DNA of 64,000 bases from Polaromonas sp. (GTDB lineage Bacteria > Pseudomonadota > Gammaproteobacteria > Burkholderiales > Burkholderiaceae_C), in assembly GCA_031367325.1 (NCBI GenBank), contig JANLPQ010000056.1, positions 2,743 to 66,742 on the forward strand. Reading direction: 5' to 3'. A program made the position numbers and the translations under genes. This document shows positions 13,040 through 23,178 of the stretch, piece after piece (the stretch's first letter is position 1; each line of letters opens with the position of its first letter). Under the pieces are notes generated by a model. The model searched no databases, was not told where the DNA came from, and worked only from the letters and a program-made list of their open reading frames with translations.

Positions 13040-14272
13040 TTGCCCACCCCTTCCCCTTCCGTGTCTACGGCCGCTGCCTCCGACAGCACCATGCTGCCCG
13101 CAGAGCGCCGCGCCAGCGCCAGCCTGGCGTTTATCTTTGGGCTGCGTATGCTGGGCCTGTTTTTGGTGCTGCCTGTCTTTGCATTGGAGGCGGCCAAATA
13201 CCCTGGCGGGGACAACCCAGCTTGGGTGGGTTTGGCGATGGGTATCTATGGTTTGACGCAAGCGGTGTTGCAAATTCCGTATGGTGTGGCGTCCGACAGG
13301 TTTGGGCGTAAACGGGTGATTGTGATCGGGTTGATTATTTTTGCTGCTGGTAGCTTGCTGGCAGCCGCAGCCAGCAGCCTGCCTTGGCTGCTAGCGGGCA
13401 GGGCGCTGCAAGGTGCGGGGGCGGTGTCGGCAGCGGTTACGGCGCTACTGGCTGACCTGACGCGCGATGCCGTGCGAACCAAGGCGATGGCGCTGGTGGG
13501 GGCCAGTATTGGGCTGATGTTTGCATTGTCTTTGGTGGTAGCACCACCGCTAGCGGCGGCCATTGGTTTGTCAGGTTTGTTTGTACTTACTGGCGTTTTA
13601 TCTGTTACTGGTATTGGTGTGGTGATATGGGTAGTGCCGCCAGTGCCTTTGCTGTTACCCCCGGCTGGCGTGCGCCTTGCCGGCTTGTCGCAGGTGCTAG
13701 CCAACCCCGCTTTGCTGCGGCTGAACGTGGGGGTGTTTGTGCTGCACGCGGTGCAGTTGGCCATGTGGGTGGCGGTGCCTGCGCTCTTGGTGCAGGCGGG
13801 GCTGCCCAAGGGCGGGCACTGGCAGGCGTATTTGCCAGCGGTGGTGCTGTCTTTTGGTTTTATGGGGATGGTATTTGCGCTAGAACGGCGCGGGCAGCTA
13901 CGGGGCGTGTTTTTACTCAGCATTGGGTTGATTTTTTTGGCGCAACTAGGTTTTGCGGCTGCAGTGGGGCAAGCTGCAGGCAGCTGGCTGCTGTGGGCGT
14001 TGGGCTTGCTGCTGTTTGTGTTTTTCTGCGGTTTTAACGCGCTAGAGGCTAGCCAGCCTAGCTTGGTCACGCGCCTGGCCCCAGCGGCCTCGCGCGGGGC
14101 GGCGCTGGGGGTGTACAACACGCTGCAGTCGCTAGGGTTTTTTACGGGGGGTGCGCTAGGCGGCTGGCTGGCCAAAAGCTGGGGCGCGCAGGGCCTGTTT
14201 GCGGCTTGTGCCGTGGCTACGGCGCTATGGCTGTGGATGGCGTGGGGCATGCGCGTGCCGCCCAAGGCTTAG
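13040..14272 (+). CDS. MFS transporter
   Basis: 410 aa, hydrophobic throughout with about 12 helices, and the MFS loop motif SDRFGRKRVI. Divergent from uvrA and upstream of ssb. The start could be the internal Met near 13091. Confidence 0.85.
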   Translation: MPTPSPSVSTAAASDSTMLPAERRASASLAFIFGLRMLGLFLVLPVFALEAAKYPGGDNPAWVGLAMGIYGLTQAVLQIPYGVASDRFGRKRVIVIGLIIFAAGSLLAAAASSLPWLLAGRALQGAGAVSAAVTALLADLTRDAVRTKAMALVGASIGLMFALSLVVAPPLAAAIGLSGLFVLTGVLSVTGIGVVIWVVPPVPLLLPPAGVRLAGLSQVLANPALLRLNVGVFVLHAVQLAMWVAVPALLVQAGLPKGGHWQAYLPAVVLSFGFMGMVFALERRGQLRGVFLLSIGLIFLAQLGFAAAVGQAAGSWLLWALGLLLFVFFCGFNALEASQPSLVTRLAPAASRGAALGVYNTLQSLGFFTGGALGGWLAKSWGAQGLFAACAVATALWLWMAWGMRVPPKA

Positions 14273-14442
14273 CCTAGCTTGCGCAGGCGCTGGCGGCTGG
14301 TTTATGGGTTGTTGTGGGCGCGCAATGCGCCTTAGCTGCAATTAGTCACCTAAGCCAGCCACCCGCCTGCCCAGCGGGTGGATAAAGCGCGATAATCATA
14401 CCCAGTCAATTTAAGTCGACAACCTACAAGGACGTACACACC

Positions 14443-14937
14443 ATGGCATCGGTCAATAAAGTCATTTTGATGGGCAACTGCGGGCGCGACCCCGAAATTC
14501 GTTACCTGCCGTCGGGCCAAGCGGTGGCCAACGTCAGCATTGCCACCACCACCCGCCGCAAAGACAAAACCAGCGGCGAAAACGTAGAAACCACCGAGTG
14601 GCACCGCGTTACCTTTTTTGACCGCCTGGCCGAAATCGCCGGCGAGTACCTGAAAAAAGGCAACCCCGTGTACATCGAAGGCCGCTTGAAATACGGCAAG
14701 TTCACCAACAAAGACGGCCTAGAGCAAAACACCTGCGACATCGTGGCGCAAGAAATGCAGCTGCTAGGCACCCGCCAAGGCGCTGGCGCACCGGGTGGCG
14801 ACGAGGGCGGTGGCGGCAGCTATGCCCGCGCACCGGCACCCGCCTCACGCCCACCCGCAGCGCGCCCCGCGCCTGCACCGGCTGCCAGCAAAGCAGGCAG
14901 CGGCTTTGACGACATGGATGACGATATTCCGTTTTAA
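14443..14937 (+). CDS. ssb: Single-stranded DNA-binding protein
   Basis: 164 aa with OB-fold N-terminus [21 protein letters not shown], a Gly/Pro-rich linker and the acidic tip DDDIPF. Confidence 0.97.
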   Translation: MASVNKVILMGNCGRDPEIRYLPSGQAVANVSIATTTRRKDKTSGENVETTEWHRVTFFDRLAEIAGEYLKKGNPVYIEGRLKYGKFTNKDGLEQNTCDIVAQEMQLLGTRQGAGAPGGDEGGGGSYARAPAPASRPPAARPAPAPAASKAGSGFDDMDDDIPF

Positions 14938-14962
14938 ACCCACGCTGCAAAGTACCCTGTTC

Positions 14963-14988
14963 AAAAGAGGCCTTGCAGGCCTTTTTTG
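14963..14988. terminator. Rho-independent terminator after ssb
   Basis: AGGCCT-TGC-AGGCCT hairpin extended by A/T pairs, flanked by an A-run and T6. Confidence 0.8.
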
Positions 14989-15019
14989 CATTAAAAATAT
15001 ATAAGAAATAGCCATTCAA

Positions 15020-15060
15020 GCCCGTAGAACCTGCTCAAGCAGCTATCTAATTAATAGTAC
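15020..15060 (-). repeat. Dual-palindrome intergenic repeat, copy B
   Basis: Reverse complement reads GTACTATTAATTAGATAGCTGCTTGAGCAGGTTCTACGGGC. Confidence 0.85.
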
Positions 15061-15122
15061 TTAAATTGTAGATGGTGTCGTTACCAACTCATTTTATTAC
15101 TGCGTCAATCCATCCGCCTGCC

Positions 15123-16037
15123 ATGCCCCGCCGCCTTGCACTGTACCTAGACTTGATCCGCTGGAGCCGCCCTGCAGGCTGGCTGTTGCTGCTGTGGCCC
15201 ACGCTGTCGGCACTGTGGATAGCGGCGGGCGGCTGGCCCGGGTGGCATCTGGTTATTGTGTTCACTTTGGGCACCATTCTTATGCGCAGCGCGGGCTGCT
15301 GCATTAACGATGTGGCCGATGCAGAGTTTGACAAACACGTCCAACGCACAGCGGGGCGGCCTGTGACCAGCGGCCTAGTGAGCAAGCGTGAGGCGTTACT
15401 GCTGGGCGCAGCGCTGGCGCTGTGCGCATTCGCGCTGGTGCTGACCACCAACGTCACCACCATTTTGTATTCTTTCTTGGCGCTCGCTATTGCGGTTGCT
15501 TATCCGTTTGCAAAACGGTTTTTTGTTATGCCGCAAGCGGTGCTGGGCATAGCATTTAGCTTTGGTATACCTATGGCATTTGCTGCCGTGCATGGCAACC
15601 TTTTGTGGCAAGACTGGCGCTTAGCAGGCGAGTTGGAGACAACCCTCAATTTTGCAGGCTGGCTGCTAGCGGGCAACCTGTTTTGGGTGCTGGCTTACGA
15701 CACCGAATACGCCATGGTGGACCGCGAAGACGATCTTAAGATCGGCATGAAGACATCTGCCATCACCCTAGGCCGATGGGATGTACCGGCAGTGATGGCT
15801 TTCTATGCCATTTACATCGTTATTTTTACAGCAGTATTGGCGTTTCAGGCCGTAGAACCTGCTCAAGCAGCTATTCTTTTAATAGTATTTCTTACGGCTC
15901 TGGCGCAGGTGGTTTGGCACTACACGCTGATCCGCACCCGTTCGCGCGAGGGCTGTTTTGCGGCTTTCCGGGCAAACCACTGGCTGGGTTTTACTTTTTT
16001 TGCGGGTTTTGTTGCGGTGTATGCATTGCACGCCTAG
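15123..16037 (+). CDS. ubiA: 4-hydroxybenzoate polyprenyltransferase
   Basis: UbiA motifs NDVADAEFD and [13 protein letters not shown], and a C-terminal [15 protein letters not shown] block resembling E. coli UbiA. The ORF opens at 15072 but ATG 15123 ([11 protein letters not shown]) is the likely start. Confidence 0.9.
   Translation: MPRRLALYLDLIRWSRPAGWLLLLWPTLSALWIAAGGWPGWHLVIVFTLGTILMRSAGCCINDVADAEFDKHVQRTAGRPVTSGLVSKREALLLGAALALCAFALVLTTNVTTILYSFLALAIAVAYPFAKRFFVMPQAVLGIAFSFGIPMAFAAVHGNLLWQDWRLAGELETTLNFAGWLLAGNLFWVLAYDTEYAMVDREDDLKIGMKTSAITLGRWDVPAVMAFYAIYIVIFTAVLAFQAVEPAQAAILLIVFLTALAQVVWHYTLIRTRSREGCFAAFRANHWLGFTFFAGFVAVYALHA
15848..15887 (-). repeat. Dual-palindrome repeat, copy C, inside the ubiA reading frame
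   Basis: GGCCGTAGAACCTGCTCAAGCAGCTATTCTTTTAATAGTA. It shares a 24 nt exact run with copy B and is translated as [13 protein letters not shown]. Confidence 0.8.
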
Positions 16038-16056
16038 CAGGTTTCAGCTAGGCGTG
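16029..16056. terminator. Hairpin between convergent ubiA and the LysR gene
   Basis: Perfect 10 bp stem CACGCCTAGC / GCTAGGCGTG with an 8 nt loop. Both stop codons lie in the stem. No clear T-run. Confidence 0.45.
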
Positions 16057-16965
16057 CAGAGCTTTGTTATTTGCAAAGTTGCTAGATAGAAAATCAACCA
16101 GCACCCGCACACGCGGTGCCAAGCCTGCCCGGTGTGGGTAAAACATAGCCATGCTGGCGTCGCCGCGCTGGTGCTGGCGCGGCAGTACCTCCACCAAATC
16201 GCCCCGTTGCAGCGCCAAAAATGTATGGTGCCGCGCCATGCGCGCAATGCCCATATGCAGCAGCGCAGCGTCCAAAATCACCTCAGGGTCAGAAATCAGC
16301 AGTTTGGGTTGCACTTGCAGCGCCATCACATGGCCTTTGTCTTTAAACAGCCATGGTGTAACGAGTCCTGTGAGAAATTTCACCTGCAGAACATCGTGCC
16401 CTGCGAGATCTCGGTAGTGCTGCGGGGTGCCCCGCGCCTTCAAATACTGGGGGGTAGCCACCAGTACGGTGGTTAAATCGCAAATCTTGCGTGCCACCAT
16501 GCCCTCGGGCGGTTGCGAGCCGCCGCGTATGCCCACATCAAATCCTTCGCGCACCAAGTCTACTTTTTGATCGTTCAGATTAAGCTCTAAGCGCACATCA
16601 GCATACTGCGCATAAAACGCCGGTAGCAATGGCAGTACATAGCGCCTGCCAAAGCCCACCGAGCAATTGACCCGCACCAAGCCCTGGGGTGCCAGGCCTT
16701 GCGTGGCTTGCACCGAAGCGGCCTCCAGCGTGATCAACCCCTGGCGCGTTTGCGTGATAAACGCTTTGCCCTCTTCAGTGAGCGACAGCTGGCGCGTGGT
16801 GCGGTTAAACAGCCGCACCTGCAGCAATGCCTCGAGAGCAGCTACGTTTTTGCTCACCGCTGCGGGTGTCAGGTTAAGCACCTTGGCCGCCGCGGTAAAG
16901 CTGCCACTGTCAGCCGCTTGCACCGCGCTGATCAAACCGGGAAGAGTGGTTTGTAGTTGTTTCAT
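16048..16965 (-). CDS. LysR family transcriptional regulator
   Basis: 305 aa with N-terminal HTH FTAAAKVLNLTPAAVSKNVAALE and a LysR substrate-binding region. Divergent from the 17085 gene. Confidence 0.92.
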   Translation of the reverse strand: MKQLQTTLPGLISAVQAADSGSFTAAAKVLNLTPAAVSKNVAALEALLQVRLFNRTTRQLSLTEEGKAFITQTRQGLITLEAASVQATQGLAPQGLVRVNCSVGFGRRYVLPLLPAFYAQYADVRLELNLNDQKVDLVREGFDVGIRGGSQPPEGMVARKICDLTTVLVATPQYLKARGTPQHYRDLAGHDVLQVKFLTGLVTPWLFKDKGHVMALQVQPKLLISDPEVILDAALLHMGIARMARHHTFLALQRGDLVEVLPRQHQRGDASMAMFYPHRAGLAPRVRVLVDFLSSNFANNKALHA

Positions 16966-17084
16966 GAGCTGTCTTATTTCAACTTTAGGTTGTTAATGAT
17001 AGGAGTAATTATGTCTTTTTTAAACCTGCATGCAAGCCCACAATTGACCCCATCAACAACCTGTTTTATTTTTAGGAGTTCATC

Positions 17085-17771
17085 ATGAAAATCGCAATTT
17101 TAGGTACCGGCATGGTCGGTAAGGGCTTGGCTTTGGCTTTGCAAGCGCAAGGACACGACATAGTTTTTGGTACGCGTGACGTAGTCGCATCGCTGGCAAA
17201 TACGCAGCCTAGTGCGTACGGCTTGCCTTCGTTTGGAGTGTGGCACAAAGAGCACGCAGACATGCGTGTAGCCACCTTTGCAGAGGCGGCACAAGCGGGT
17301 GATGTACTGATTAATGCCAGCAACGGTAGCGTGTCGCTGGAGGTGCTTCGGCTAGCCAAGCTCCAGACCGTAGGCAACAAAGTGCTGATAGATGTGGCTA
17401 ACGATTTAGACGCCAGCAAAGGCATGCCACCGATCTCTCGCAGCAGTGATATTGCTGGGGCGGGGCTGGCAGAGCAAATTCAGGCCGGGTATCCGCAGTT
17501 GCGCGTGGTTAAAACCTTCAACACGATGAACGTGCGCGTCATGGTCAATCCAGGTTTGGTAGCAGGCGGCGACAGCACTATATTTATGAGTGGTAACGAT
17601 AGAGATGCTAAGCAAACCGTGCAAGGTATTTTGCAGTCCTTTGGCTGGAAGGACATCTTGGATTTGGGCGATATTTCCAGTAGCCGCGCCGTAGAAATGC
17701 TGATGCCTGTTTGGCTGCGCATTATGGGTGTGGTGGGCCAAGCGCCGTTTAACTTCAAAATCGCACGTTAA
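17085..17771 (+). CDS. NAD(P)-binding oxidoreductase (NADPH-dependent F420 reductase-like family)
   Basis: 228 aa with Rossmann motif MKIAILGTGMVG. Length and layout resemble the F420_oxidored/ProC-like family. Confidence 0.7.
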   Translation: MKIAILGTGMVGKGLALALQAQGHDIVFGTRDVVASLANTQPSAYGLPSFGVWHKEHADMRVATFAEAAQAGDVLINASNGSVSLEVLRLAKLQTVGNKVLIDVANDLDASKGMPPISRSSDIAGAGLAEQIQAGYPQLRVVKTFNTMNVRVMVNPGLVAGGDSTIFMSGNDRDAKQTVQGILQSFGWKDILDLGDISSSRAVEMLMPVWLRIMGVVGQAPFNFKIAR

Positions 17772-17822
17772 ACAGCGCTTTACGATGTAGCGTGGTCGTA
17801 GTGCCCAAGTAAAATTGGCACT

Positions 17823-18677
17823 ATGACCTTTTTAGCCCAGCTTAGCGCAGCCGCAGCCCACAACCAGTCCATGCTGTGTGTAGGCCTAGACCCCGAACCC
17901 AGCAAATTCCCAGGTGCGCTCAAAGGCCATGCCAACAAAATCTACGATTTTTGCGCTGCCATTGTCGATGCTACCGCCGACACCGTAGTGGCTTTCAAAC
18001 CCCAAATCGCCTACTTTGCCGCCCACCGCGCCGAAGACCAGCTAGAGCGCCTGATGCAGCACATGCGCCGCGCCGCGCCCCTGGTGCCCATCATTTTGGA
18101 CGCCAAGCGCGGCGACATTGGTAGCACCGCCGAGCAATACGCCATCGAAGCGTTTGAGCGCTATGGTGCGGACGCCGTCACCTTGTCGCCCTTTATGGGC
18201 TTTGATTCGGTCGCCCCCTATTTAAAGCACCATGACAAAGGCGCGTTTTTGCTGTGCCGCACATCTAACCCCGGTGGCGATGATTTGCAAAACCAGCGCT
18301 TGGCCAGCGTGGATGGTCAGCCACGGCTTTATGAGCATATTGCCCAACTGGCCCAAGGCCCATGGAACTTAAATGGCCAGCTCGGATTGGTGGTAGGTGC
18401 CACCTATCCTGCAGAGATCGAGCGTGTGCGAGCGTTGGCACCCACCCTGCCTTTGCTCATCCCCGGCGTAGGCGCGCAAGGCGGCGATGCACTGGCCACG
18501 GTGCGCGCAGGCTGGCGTGGTGACGCCAACGCTACAGCAGGGCCGATCATCGTCAACTCGTCGCGGGCCATTTTGTACGCATCTTCAGGTGACGACTTTG
18601 CCGCTGCTGCGCGGCACGCGGCACAGGCAACGCGGAGTGTTTTGAATTCTGCGAAACCGTTCAATCTAGCGCTGTAA
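17823..18677 (+). CDS. pyrF: Orotidine 5'-phosphate decarboxylase (type 2)
   Basis: 284 aa with motifs [10 protein letters not shown] and [16 protein letters not shown]. Confidence 0.93.
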   Translation: MTFLAQLSAAAAHNQSMLCVGLDPEPSKFPGALKGHANKIYDFCAAIVDATADTVVAFKPQIAYFAAHRAEDQLERLMQHMRRAAPLVPIILDAKRGDIGSTAEQYAIEAFERYGADAVTLSPFMGFDSVAPYLKHHDKGAFLLCRTSNPGGDDLQNQRLASVDGQPRLYEHIAQLAQGPWNLNGQLGLVVGATYPAEIERVRALAPTLPLLIPGVGAQGGDALATVRAGWRGDANATAGPIIVNSSRAILYASSGDDFAAAARHAAQATRSVLNSAKPFNLAL

Positions 18678-18865
18678 TTAGCTAGACCGTTGCGGCATAA
18701 GCCCTGGCCGGATATGGAAGATCCCTCTCAGTGGCGTAGCATCCCTGACAGGCGGTAATGGCGCAGACAGTCGGTAACATTTGTTGCGTTTTGTGCGAGA
18801 ACTTGTCTTAAGCTTTACCTAAGGCTTGGCTATTCTGTAGAGCTTCTTGATTAGCATATGCCCTC

Positions 18866-20827
18866 ATGACTACAGAACAAGTACTTCACCCCACCTCCAT
18901 ATCTGCAGACAGCGCTGCCGCAGAACCTCCTATTTCTTATGTGCAAGACAACGGTGCCACCGATGACACTGCGAGCACCAGCGCAGGCCTGGCTCCGGCC
19001 GCCCTGTCATTGCTAGGCGCAGCCTTGTTGGCTGCTTGCGGCGGAGGCGGTGGTGGTGGGGAAGCAGATAGTGTTGACAATGGCGATTTGCCTTCTGCTC
19101 CCGGCTTTAACAACTATCCCACTGCCAATAAAGATGAAGAGGCTGCACGGTTTTTGCAGCAAGCGCAGTTTTCTTCGACTATTGCAGATATGTCAGGTGC
19201 CCGCAGCGGCAGTTTTGCAGCTTGGCTGCGCAAAGAATTTGACAAACCGATTGCACAAACCGCGTGGGATTGGATGGAGTCACGCGGTTATGGCGCAGAC
19301 GCGAATACCGCCAAATATGTTTACAACACTACGATTGGTGAATTCGCAGTTTGGAGCCAGTTGTTCAGCGCGCCGGACGCCATGCGCAAACGTATTGCAT
19401 TAGCACTGTCAGAGTTTTTTGTGGTGTCGTTCCAGTCGATGGAGATTGACTGGCGCGGCTACACCATTGCGGCGTACTGGGATATTCTGAACAAATATGC
19501 GTTTGAAAATTTTCGCAGTTTGCTCGAAGAAGTCACTCTCAGCCCTGCAATGGGTCACTACCTCAACACCCGAGGCAACCAAAAAGAAGACGCTGCTAAA
19601 GGACGCTTGCCCGACGAAAATTATGCACGTGAGGTGATGCAGTTATTTACCATTGGCTTATACGAGCTTAATTTGGACGGGACAGTGAAAACCGCCAACG
19701 GTAAAGACGTTGAGTCCTATACAGCTGACGATGTAAGTCAACTAGCCCGAGTGTTCACTGGCTACGACTTCAACCCTGCGTACCGCAACAAACAACCGTA
19801 TATCGAAAATGGCGCTAGAAAATATGATGTTTACAGCCGCGAATATGCGCGCCAACGCATGACGCTGGATGTTACCAAGCACTCTAACTTAGCGGTCAAA
19901 TGTACGAACTACATCAATATTCCTGCAGGTACGCCTGGTCCAGAAGCGCTTAGACTGGCATTAGATGGGTTGTTCAATAACCCCAACGCTGGCCCCTTCT
20001 TTGCCAAACAGATGATCCAGCGTTTGGTAACCAGCAATCCAAGCCCAGCTTATGTAGCGCGCGTAGCCAGCGCTTTTAATAAAGACGCTAGCGGCCAGCG
20101 CGGCAATCTTAGAGCCGTGTGGAGGGCCATATTATTGGACGATGAAGCGCGCGGGCCGCAGGGTTTGACCGATCCAGGTTTTGGCAAAGTGCGCGAACCC
20201 ATCGTGCGTTTTGTGCAGTGGGGGCGTACATTCAACGCCCGTTCTATCGAAAATTCTTGGAAGATTGGTGACCTTAGCAATACGCAGTACAGTTTAGGGC
20301 AAAGTCCCTTCCAGTCCCCCTCGGTGTTTAACTTTTTCCGGCCCGGTTATGTGCCTGCGGGCACCGATCTGGCTAAGCGCGGCGCGACTGCGCCAGAGAT
20401 GCAAATTGTCAACGAGACCACGGTTGGCACCTATATCAACTTCATGTATGACAAAGTTCGTAATGGCATACGAACTAACTCACCTAAACTGCCTGATCCA
20501 AGCTATGTAGGTGGTGCTGACATAGTTGACATCGTGCCAGATTACAAAACGGAACTCAATTTAATCACCAACACCGATCTGACAGACGCTCAGACGGCAC
20601 CTGTTGCTAAAGCGTTAGCAGATCGCTTAAATTTAACTTTGTGTGCGGGGCAAATGAGCGCTGCAACTTTGACTGCCCTGCAAACGGGTTTGCAAGGTGC
20701 ACTAAAGAGCTACAAAAAAATCACAATGAATGTGAAAAGTCCCGATAAAGAAGACTACAAGCTCGATTGGGTTGCCTCTGGCGTTCTTCTTGCGATGGCC
20801 AGTCCCGACTACCTCGTACAAAAATAA
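18866..20827 (+). CDS. DUF1800 domain-containing protein
   Basis: 653 aa. The block DENYAREVMQLFTIGLYEL...YTADDVSQLARVFTGY matches the DUF1800 signature as I recall it. Lipobox-like LLAAC-GGGG near aa 57, so the true start may be downstream. Confidence 0.75.
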   Translation: MTTEQVLHPTSISADSAAAEPPISYVQDNGATDDTASTSAGLAPAALSLLGAALLAACGGGGGGGEADSVDNGDLPSAPGFNNYPTANKDEEAARFLQQAQFSSTIADMSGARSGSFAAWLRKEFDKPIAQTAWDWMESRGYGADANTAKYVYNTTIGEFAVWSQLFSAPDAMRKRIALALSEFFVVSFQSMEIDWRGYTIAAYWDILNKYAFENFRSLLEEVTLSPAMGHYLNTRGNQKEDAAKGRLPDENYAREVMQLFTIGLYELNLDGTVKTANGKDVESYTADDVSQLARVFTGYDFNPAYRNKQPYIENGARKYDVYSREYARQRMTLDVTKHSNLAVKCTNYINIPAGTPGPEALRLALDGLFNNPNAGPFFAKQMIQRLVTSNPSPAYVARVASAFNKDASGQRGNLRAVWRAILLDDEARGPQGLTDPGFGKVREPIVRFVQWGRTFNARSIENSWKIGDLSNTQYSLGQSPFQSPSVFNFFRPGYVPAGTDLAKRGATAPEMQIVNETTVGTYINFMYDKVRNGIRTNSPKLPDPSYVGGADIVDIVPDYKTELNLITNTDLTDAQTAPVAKALADRLNLTLCAGQMSAATLTALQTGLQGALKSYKKITMNVKSPDKEDYKLDWVASGVLLAMASPDYLVQK

Positions 20828-20851
20828 ACTGTTGCACAAAGAGATTCCACC

Positions 20852-22381
20852 ATGTATTTAATCCGACCTGATCTGCACACTCGGCGCGCTTTTTTACGCC
20901 GCTCTGCCCAATTGGCTGCCACTGGCGTAGCGCTGCCCACAGCACTGAACCTGGCTGCAATGGGAGAGGCGGCGGCTTTCAATGCCAACGATTACAAAGC
21001 CTTAGTTTGCGTATTTTTATACGGTGGCAACGACTATGCCAACACCGTGGTGACCTACGATACCGCAAGCTACGACCTGTATACCAAAGCGCGGGGAGTG
21101 CCAGGGGCGGGGGGTAGTATCTCAATTGACCGAAACGCTTTGACGCCCACATTGCTCAACGCTGCGCCCTTGAACGATGGCAATAGACAGTTCGCGCTCC
21201 ACCCGGCTATGGGCGGATTGGCCGGCTTGTTTAATAGTGGTAAAGCGGCAGTCCAGCTTAACGTAGGGCCCTTGGTGGTGCCCATGGACAAAGTGGGATA
21301 CCAAAGCAGTAACCGCACCAGCTACCCACTCCCGCCCAAACTGTTCTCGCATAACGACCAGCAGTCCATCTGGCAATCTTCGTCTCCCGAGGGCTCGACC
21401 AAAGGCTGGGGTGGTGAGATGGGTGACTTGGCACTTCAATCCAACGGAGGCAGCTCGCTTTTCACTTGTATGTCAGTTACAAGCAACTCCGTATTTTTAA
21501 CTGGTGACAGCGCGCAGTCTTACCAAGTTGGTTCGGATGGACCCGTAGAAATCTACAGTATTGGCATGCCTGGCACGCCGCGCTATCCGTACGGGTTTGA
21601 AGAGATGGGCAAGGCCATGGGCACCGTGACCACTGGCGTTGGCATGAACAATCAGCTTGAGAAAGCCTACAACACAGTGACCAAGCGTGCAGTGGAGTCA
21701 CAAGCGACGATCAGTGCAGCGATTAAATCCACCGACGACGTAAATAACATCTATCCCAAACCTTTTGATAAATTTGTTTCAAAAGATGCTCAAGGCAATG
21801 TGCTTAGAAACCCATTGAACGATCAACTCCGTATGGTGGCCCGACTGATCGCCGCACGCACGGCCTTAGGTGACCCTAAACGCCAAGTTTTCATGGTCTC
21901 GCTAGGTGGCTTTGACTTGCACGACAACTTGATACAAAGACAGCCCGTGCTGATGCAGTATCTTAGCGACGCGATGACTGCGTTTTACCAAGCTACTTTT
22001 GACTTGGGCGTGGCAGACAAAGTAACGGCTTTCACGGCCTCTGATTTTGGCCGCACACTCAATAACAACGGAGATGGCTCTGACCATGGCTGGGGTAGCC
22101 ACCACATGGTGGTGGGCGGAGCGGTCAAAGGCAAATCGTTTTACGGCTACGCCCCCCCGGTGGGTAATGGCGACCTTAGAAGCACGGCCGATGTGGACCA
22201 GTGGCATGTGGGCCAAGGGCGTTTGCTGCCCACCACCTCAGTGGACCAATACGCCGCTACTTTGGCAAAGTGGTTTGGCGTAGACGATGGTGAACTCAAC
22301 GGCATTTTGCCTAACCTGCGTAACTTCACAGCGCAGACGCAAAGCGGGATTGTCTATCCGCGTACTGTCGGGTTCGTCTAA
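20852..22381 (+). CDS. DUF1501 domain-containing protein (Tat-exported, sulfatase-like fold)
   Basis: 509 aa with twin-arginine signal TRRAFLRRSAQLAATG and the blocks SLGGFDLHDN and DHGWGSHHMVVGGAVKG typical of DUF1501. Usual partner of DUF1800. Confidence 0.8.
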   Translation: MYLIRPDLHTRRAFLRRSAQLAATGVALPTALNLAAMGEAAAFNANDYKALVCVFLYGGNDYANTVVTYDTASYDLYTKARGVPGAGGSISIDRNALTPTLLNAAPLNDGNRQFALHPAMGGLAGLFNSGKAAVQLNVGPLVVPMDKVGYQSSNRTSYPLPPKLFSHNDQQSIWQSSSPEGSTKGWGGEMGDLALQSNGGSSLFTCMSVTSNSVFLTGDSAQSYQVGSDGPVEIYSIGMPGTPRYPYGFEEMGKAMGTVTTGVGMNNQLEKAYNTVTKRAVESQATISAAIKSTDDVNNIYPKPFDKFVSKDAQGNVLRNPLNDQLRMVARLIAARTALGDPKRQVFMVSLGGFDLHDNLIQRQPVLMQYLSDAMTAFYQATFDLGVADKVTAFTASDFGRTLNNNGDGSDHGWGSHHMVVGGAVKGKSFYGYAPPVGNGDLRSTADVDQWHVGQGRLLPTTSVDQYAATLAKWFGVDDGELNGILPNLRNFTAQTQSGIVYPRTVGFV

Positions 22382-22405
22382 AGGCTATTTGGTAGGTCGT
22401 ACGCG

Positions 22406-22465
22406 TACTATTAATTAAATAGCTGCTTGAGCAGGATTTACTTGGGTTGCAAGCCTAAAACACTT
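22406..22465 (+). repeat. Dual-palindrome intergenic repeat, copy D (long-tail subtype)
   Basis: TACTATTAATTAAATAGCTGCTTGAGCAGGATTTACTTGGGTTGCAAGCCTAAAACACTT. Confidence 0.85.
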
Positions 22466-22466
22466 A

Positions 22467-22495
22467 TAAAACAGGCCTTCAAGGCCTGTTTTTCT
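22467..22495. terminator. Rho-independent terminator after the DUF1501 gene
   Basis: ACAGGCC-TTCAA-GGCCTGT hairpin flanked by A4 and T5. Confidence 0.8.
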
Positions 22496-22598
22496 TGGTG
22501 CTTTGGCGCACCGCTTCCGTAAACCCTAGCGCTGCAACACAGCAGAGAACGTATCATTCACGGTATCTACAGTAATTGACAACTCGTCTCTATTTTTT

Positions 22599-23171
22599 GT
22601 GTTCAGTCCCACTATTATTTTTTGGATTGCTTTAGCCGTGTTGGTGTTTTGGGCGCTGGGCGCCTACAACCGCCTGGTCGGTTTGCGTGGGCAGCTGCTA
22701 CGTACGCTGCATGCATTAACGGCGCAGTGGCAGGCCAATGCGCAGGCGCTGCGCCAAGCTTTGGCAGATTTGTCGCGCGTGCCCGAGACGGATTCGGCAT
22801 GGGCCAGTTTGGGTGATGAGGCGTCGAGCTGGCGACCGTTGGGGCAGGCTACCAAGCAGTTTCAAGCGTGTGTGGGCGCAGTAGCCGCCAAACCCCATGC
22901 GGTTCCACCCGTGGACGACATGGCGTCAGTGCGCGCAGCACACGCGGTGATGGAAGGGGCATGGCAGCGCTTGGCCAACACCAGCGATGACTTGGCAGGC
23001 GAGGCGGTGCCACAAAATTTAACTTTGCTGTGGCAGCACCAGCAAATGCAAGTACAAGAAAAATTACGCGACTACAACACCAGTGCCCAGCTGTATAACC
23101 AAGCCGTAAGGCAATTCCCGGCCGTCTTGATTAGTTGGATTTTTGGCTTTGGCACGGCGCAGGTGTTGTAA
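22599..23171 (+). CDS. LemA family membrane protein (divergent)
   Basis: 190 aa with GTG start, an N-terminal TM helix followed by GAYNRLVGLR, and the C-terminal YNQAVRQFPAVLISWIFGF pattern of LemA. Confidence 0.65.
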   Translation: MFSPTIIFWIALAVLVFWALGAYNRLVGLRGQLLRTLHALTAQWQANAQALRQALADLSRVPETDSAWASLGDEASSWRPLGQATKQFQACVGAVAAKPHAVPPVDDMASVRAAHAVMEGAWQRLANTSDDLAGEAVPQNLTLLWQHQQMQVQEKLRDYNTSAQLYNQAVRQFPAVLISWIFGFGTAQVL

Positions 23172-23178
23172 TGGTCTG

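Noticed and set aside
13246-14265. 339 aa minus-strand ORF covering the MFS gene
   Set aside because: It is an Ala/Pro/Ser/Thr-rich mirror of a GC-rich membrane gene. The MFS frame has the family motif and helix pattern.
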